Of a DNA stretch of 64,000 bases, positions 60,351 to 64,000 are shown one piece after another. The DNA lies in assembly GCA_030141605.1 (NCBI GenBank), contig JAQGDQ010000092.1, positions 372,001 through 436,000 on the forward strand. The letters are read 5' to 3'. This DNA comes from Tubiluchus corallicola. Its lineage: Eukaryota; Animalia; Priapulida. The translations under genes and the position numbers were made by a program. Below the pieces are notes generated by a model. That model worked only from the letters and a program-made list of their open reading frames with translations, had not been told where the DNA came from and searched no databases. Numbering within the stretch: position 1 is the stretch's first letter; each line of letters opens with the position of its first letter.

Positions 60351-63000
60351 CGTGCGTACGTGTATCTGTGTGTATGCAAATATATATATATTAAGCCCTA
60401 ATGGCTAATGGCTACATTGTATATACAATATACACAATACATATATACCCAAGAAATAACTCGCGTGCTTCTAGTACTTATACACGTTCCTATCCACTAA
60501 AGTACCATTTAATAAAGAGTCAAGTGTGGTTTTATCACTGAGCTTTATATCTGATACGGCCAACATAACTTCATAATCAAAAGTTGACATTGTAGTGCAT
60601 CTCTAACCCTGAGATAATAGACCGGTTTCATATTATGATTGCAGGACTACTGGCTGGCTTCATTCATGCCAAATACAGACATCAGTGTGATAGCTATCGC
60701 TGTTTCTATTTTCCATATCGAGCGTCCCAAAAGCTACTCCAGTGCTCTCTCTACCACAAGGAAATCAATATTATAGTAGTTCAGTTAGATGTAATGCTTC
60801 ACAAGCAGGGTTTCCAATAACTATTATTGTTTCTTAATGATGCTTCTTCTAGTAAGCATCTGCGTCTACTTTAAAATCATGCTGCGTTGCAGAGTATAGA
60901 TTTGTTGGTTATGTCTATTGGTGCCAGCCATTTTCATAGCGCATTCATTTGCAATACCTCTTATTGCGCTTTGCACAACAGCAAAAAGTAAAAGAATGCA
61001 CTGTAAAACTTTCTGACAGTTAGGAGAATAATAATAGGCATTGCCAGTGGTTCTTTCTGGCACAGTATGCTTAACTTAACTAATTCTTAATGTCTACATT
61101 TTTATTTTACTATTAAGCAGTTGGTGAATGTAGCCAGTGAATGATTTCTAAAACGTAAACTAATTTAGATTTCCATGTTGTTTTCCAGAACCGTATCCTG
61201 AGACCTTCGGGAAAGAGTTCATTTGGTTGGTAAGTGATTTCTGGATACTTGTCACTGGATGTCGCTGGGCTGGTTACATTTCTGAATTCTGTCTATTATC
61301 ATCATCTCGCCATTGTAATCAACGATGTCATCATCACCAATTCCACCACTACGTATTATAATTGACATCATCGCAAACATTATTATCACCTTCACCACTA
61401 CCACTTCACCATAACTGCTCCGAACATGACAATAGCAATAATAATAATAACACGGTACCACAGTGACTACTATCGCAACCACTGCTGCTGTAATTGCCGT
61501 CGCCACTGCCGCCAACGTTGGCACAGTCATCACCATCACTTTTACGAAAGCCATCATCATTACGAAAAAGCGTTATCACTGAATAAAGTATTATGCGTTA
61601 GCTACTGAAATAACGGCATGCTGCCATCTGTAGACATTTTATTGAACATTCTGACAACATGCTTAGGAAAGAGTCAGGCAATCAGAAATGTTAATCTCTT
61701 ACAATTTATAGCAGGATAATTTCTCACATTTTATAACAATTATTTTTCTTCTGTTAACTTTCCGCAGTACAATAATTAGGCCTGATTGAGAAACCGCTGT
61801 ATTGAATAAGTACGCTAAATTAAAAAATTGGGTTACCTGTCAACGAATGGCAATGCTTTACATTGTAGTACCAGTCGTGTTTTGAAATCTAGCTTGCAGG
61901 TTTCGCGCAGTATGTTGCAGTAGTAATTTTTGTTGTTTTTTCTAGCACCAAGAAAGAAAAAGTGATTATCTGATTAGCATAATTGTACCTGTAGTTGTTG
62001 GTGCTACAGGTGCTGTCATGCTTGTCACTGTAGTGTACCTCGTCCGCTACTGGAGAAGAAAGAAAGAACATGTATGCCATAAGCAGCTGACCTTCAGTGT
62101 TCAAAATCCGGTAAGGAACCATTTCAAGTTCTTAATCAGAGACTGATCAGTGAATGGATGGGTGATCGCCGAATTCAATACTCCCTCTGGACTGTTTCAC
62201 TCATCATATTGATCCTGGCTATTTGTAGAAAGATGATGCATTCCTATCAGATAGGAACGTGCATAGAAACCTCTGCAGGTTCAGTGCCTCCTGGTAACTT
62301 GAATAGACGCTACCGTTGAACTATGCACACGAGACATTGTTTCTGAACACAAATTTTAGTACCGAATTTCAACCTTTGATCTAGGATACCTGGAAGTTGA
62401 AGGAACAATGAAAAAACAAGTGCATAAACGTTCTTTCTGAACACACATTTTAGTACCGAACTTCAAATTTTGACCTAGGATATCTGGAACCTGAAGGAAC
62501 AATGAAAAAACAAGTGTATAAATTTTCAAACTAGACAATGTTTCTGGGCACAAATTTTTATACTGAACTTCAAGTTTTGACCTAAGATATCTGGAAGCTG
62601 ATATCTGGAATGAAAAAGCAAATGACCAAACATTCACACTAAACATTGTTTCTGAACACATATTTTAATACCGAATTTCAAGCTTTGACCTAGCATAGCT
62701 GGAAGGTGATGGAACACGAATTAGTTTGATTTCAAAAGGCACGAGTTGTTGTTTCAACTTGAGTTACAAAAAGGCTGACACATTGACACCATTACTTGCA
62801 TTAATTGTTGCAATGTTAACAGGCCCATACAGAAATAAACAATTTTTCTCCTTGCCTTTTCCACCATTAAATTATTGGCACTAAGACTTTTGTATCACCT
62901 AAATTCTGCTGTTTTGCAGGAACGAGAAGAAATAACTGGTGCAAATAACACAGACACGAGCGTTCTTCTACTTGGAAACAGTTCAGAAGATGAATGTTGA
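56768..63000 (+). CDS. Uncharacterised type I single-pass membrane glycoprotein, 4 coding exons, 448 aa
   Basis: Exons 56768-57827, 61189-61229, 61946-62110, 62920-63000 total 1347 nt with GT-AG introns and phases 1, 0, 0. Signal peptide MMFLWSCAIVLVLLLQWTG. TM segment YLISIIVPVVVGATGAVMLVTVVYLV followed by the basic stop-transfer RYWRRKK. Tail ...DTSVLLLGNSSEDEC*. AATAAA at 63125. Confidence 0.8.
59150..59213. repeat. (CATT)n microsatellite
   Basis: Directly visible. Confidence 0.9.
60317..60391. repeat. (GT)n and (AT)n microsatellite
   Basis: Directly visible. Confidence 0.85.
61189..61229 (+). CDS. Membrane glycoprotein exon 2 (EPYPETFGKEFIWL), 41 nt
   Basis: ttttccag acceptor, GTAAGT donor; converts phase 1 to phase 0 as required. 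Confidence 0.7.
61295..61565. repeat. Degenerate trinucleotide low-complexity tract (ATC/ACC/GCC/AAT)
   Basis: Period-3 composition, intronic. Confidence 0.6.
61946..62110 (+). CDS. Membrane glycoprotein exon 3 (transmembrane helix)
   Basis: ttttctag acceptor, GTAAGG donor, 55 open codons. Confidence 0.85.
62130..62300 (+). mobile_element. Degenerate SINE copy with 5S-like C-box
   Basis: GATCAGTGAATGGATGGGTGATCGCC. Downstream GAACGTGCAT..TGCAGGTTCAGTGCCTC resembles GAACGTAGAT..TGCCGGTTCAATATCTC of the 27.9-kb copy. Confidence 0.4.
62333..62715. repeat. Tandem repeat, 4 copies of about 95-108 bp
   Basis: TTTCTGRRCACA..TTTTA.TACYGAAYTTCAA..TTTGAYCTA....CTGGAA core recurs four times. Confidence 0.9.
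62920..63000 (+). CDS. Membrane glycoprotein last exon (cytosolic tail)
   Basis: ttttgcag acceptor, EREEITGANNTDTSVLLLGNSSEDEC*, polyA signal 125 nt downstream. Confidence 0.78.
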   Translation, partial: EREEITGANNTDTSVLLLGNSSEDEC

Positions 63001-63349
63001 CATTAACATTGCAAACTTTCATGGCATACATAATTGTTAGTGGTTTCTGCAATTGTATAATAATTGTACGAAGAAAAGGAAACGAAGCACGTCATCGGAC
63101 AACGACATTAATATTTTGATATAGAATAAATTCTGTCGTGAATCACTTGTAAGGCGATAGATGTCAAATTAATTCTAAAAAGGCAGAATTTACATAAATT
63201 AAGATAACTCAGATATTGCAGTTATAGACTTAATGTATAAAATAAGTATATATAGGAATTTTTACTTACTTTAGGCCTGCAGCATCGAAGCACTTATGTT
63301 TATATAACTACGATTAGAATTAATTATGAAATGTTGAAAATGCAGTCAC

Positions 63350-63537
63350 TTATTTATTAATATTGTTACTATATTCTGTATAAACATTATAATATTCAAC
63401 TTCCGTATGTGTTATTACATCGCCTCTACACGTACTATCTGATAAGATATATTCTGTTTTATAAAGTGAAATGCCGTCGCTGCAGTTAACTTCCATATTT
63501 AGATTAATATAGAGTTCATTACCTTGGACCTTAACCA
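63350..63537 (-). CDS. Possible terminal exon of a convergent gene extending beyond the window
   Basis: Strong acceptor ttttttcgtttcag, then 62 open codons (VKVQGNELYINLNMEVNCSDG...NNINK*); no recognisable family. Confidence 0.3.
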
Positions 63538-64000
63538 CTGAAACGAAAAAATAGTGTGCGATTTTTAAACAACCATCCGTTTAAAAATTGAGCATAACGA
63601 ACATTCTCAGGTTTTTTACACTTACAAAAACCACTGAAGTCAAAGATGTAGAAAAAATTATTTTAAGTGTCAGTTGCATGGCCATAGATAGTGCCCGGGC
63701 AACGACCAGTATAGTGGCCCGAGTGCTGATCATGCGAAGGGAGCCCAGAATAATCAACACTTAAAACCGTGGTATAAAAAAAAGCGAAACTAAAGCAATT
63801 AACCGCATTATGGAGTTATGGACAACAAGTCAGGCTCCAAATCCACCACTTCGCAGACCCATACATTTTAACAATATAGTCCCTAGGTCTTAGCAGTTTT
63901 CGAATCTACACTTCCGGTGTTTGATATGCATTGTAAAGCGGCGCCAACTTGTAGTGTTTCCTTGTTCCTGACAACATGTGATGCGTAATATACTTGTACA

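Noticed and set aside
61889-62122. Minus-strand 77-aa ORF
   Set aside because: Antisense shadow of the plus-strand transmembrane exon.

Overview
AT-rich, intron-rich animal genomic DNA. The carrier sequence resembles protostome/invertebrate orthologues, which is inference. Three complete spliced genes can be reconstructed by hand with GT-AG junctions and consistent phases. (1) A mitochondrial glutamate carrier of the SLC25A22/SLC25A18 type, minus strand, 9 coding exons, 316 aa. (2) A signal-anchored GMC-family FAD oxidoreductase, plus strand, 10 exons, 610 aa. (3) An unrecognised type I membrane glycoprotein, plus strand, 4 exons, 448 aa, with a cysteine-free, heavily N-glycosylated ectodomain and an acidic dileucine tail. 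The rest is transposon debris and simple repeats. These include a near full-length decayed LINE whose ORF1 combines PHD, coiled coil and three CCCH zinc fingers, further LINE fragments, pogo-like and Harbinger-like MITEs, a SINE family with a 5S rRNA-like module, a hammerhead-ribozyme-like motif, and many micro- and minisatellites. No prokaryotic-type system (CRISPR, operon) is present. All assignments come from reading the sequence; no database search was run.
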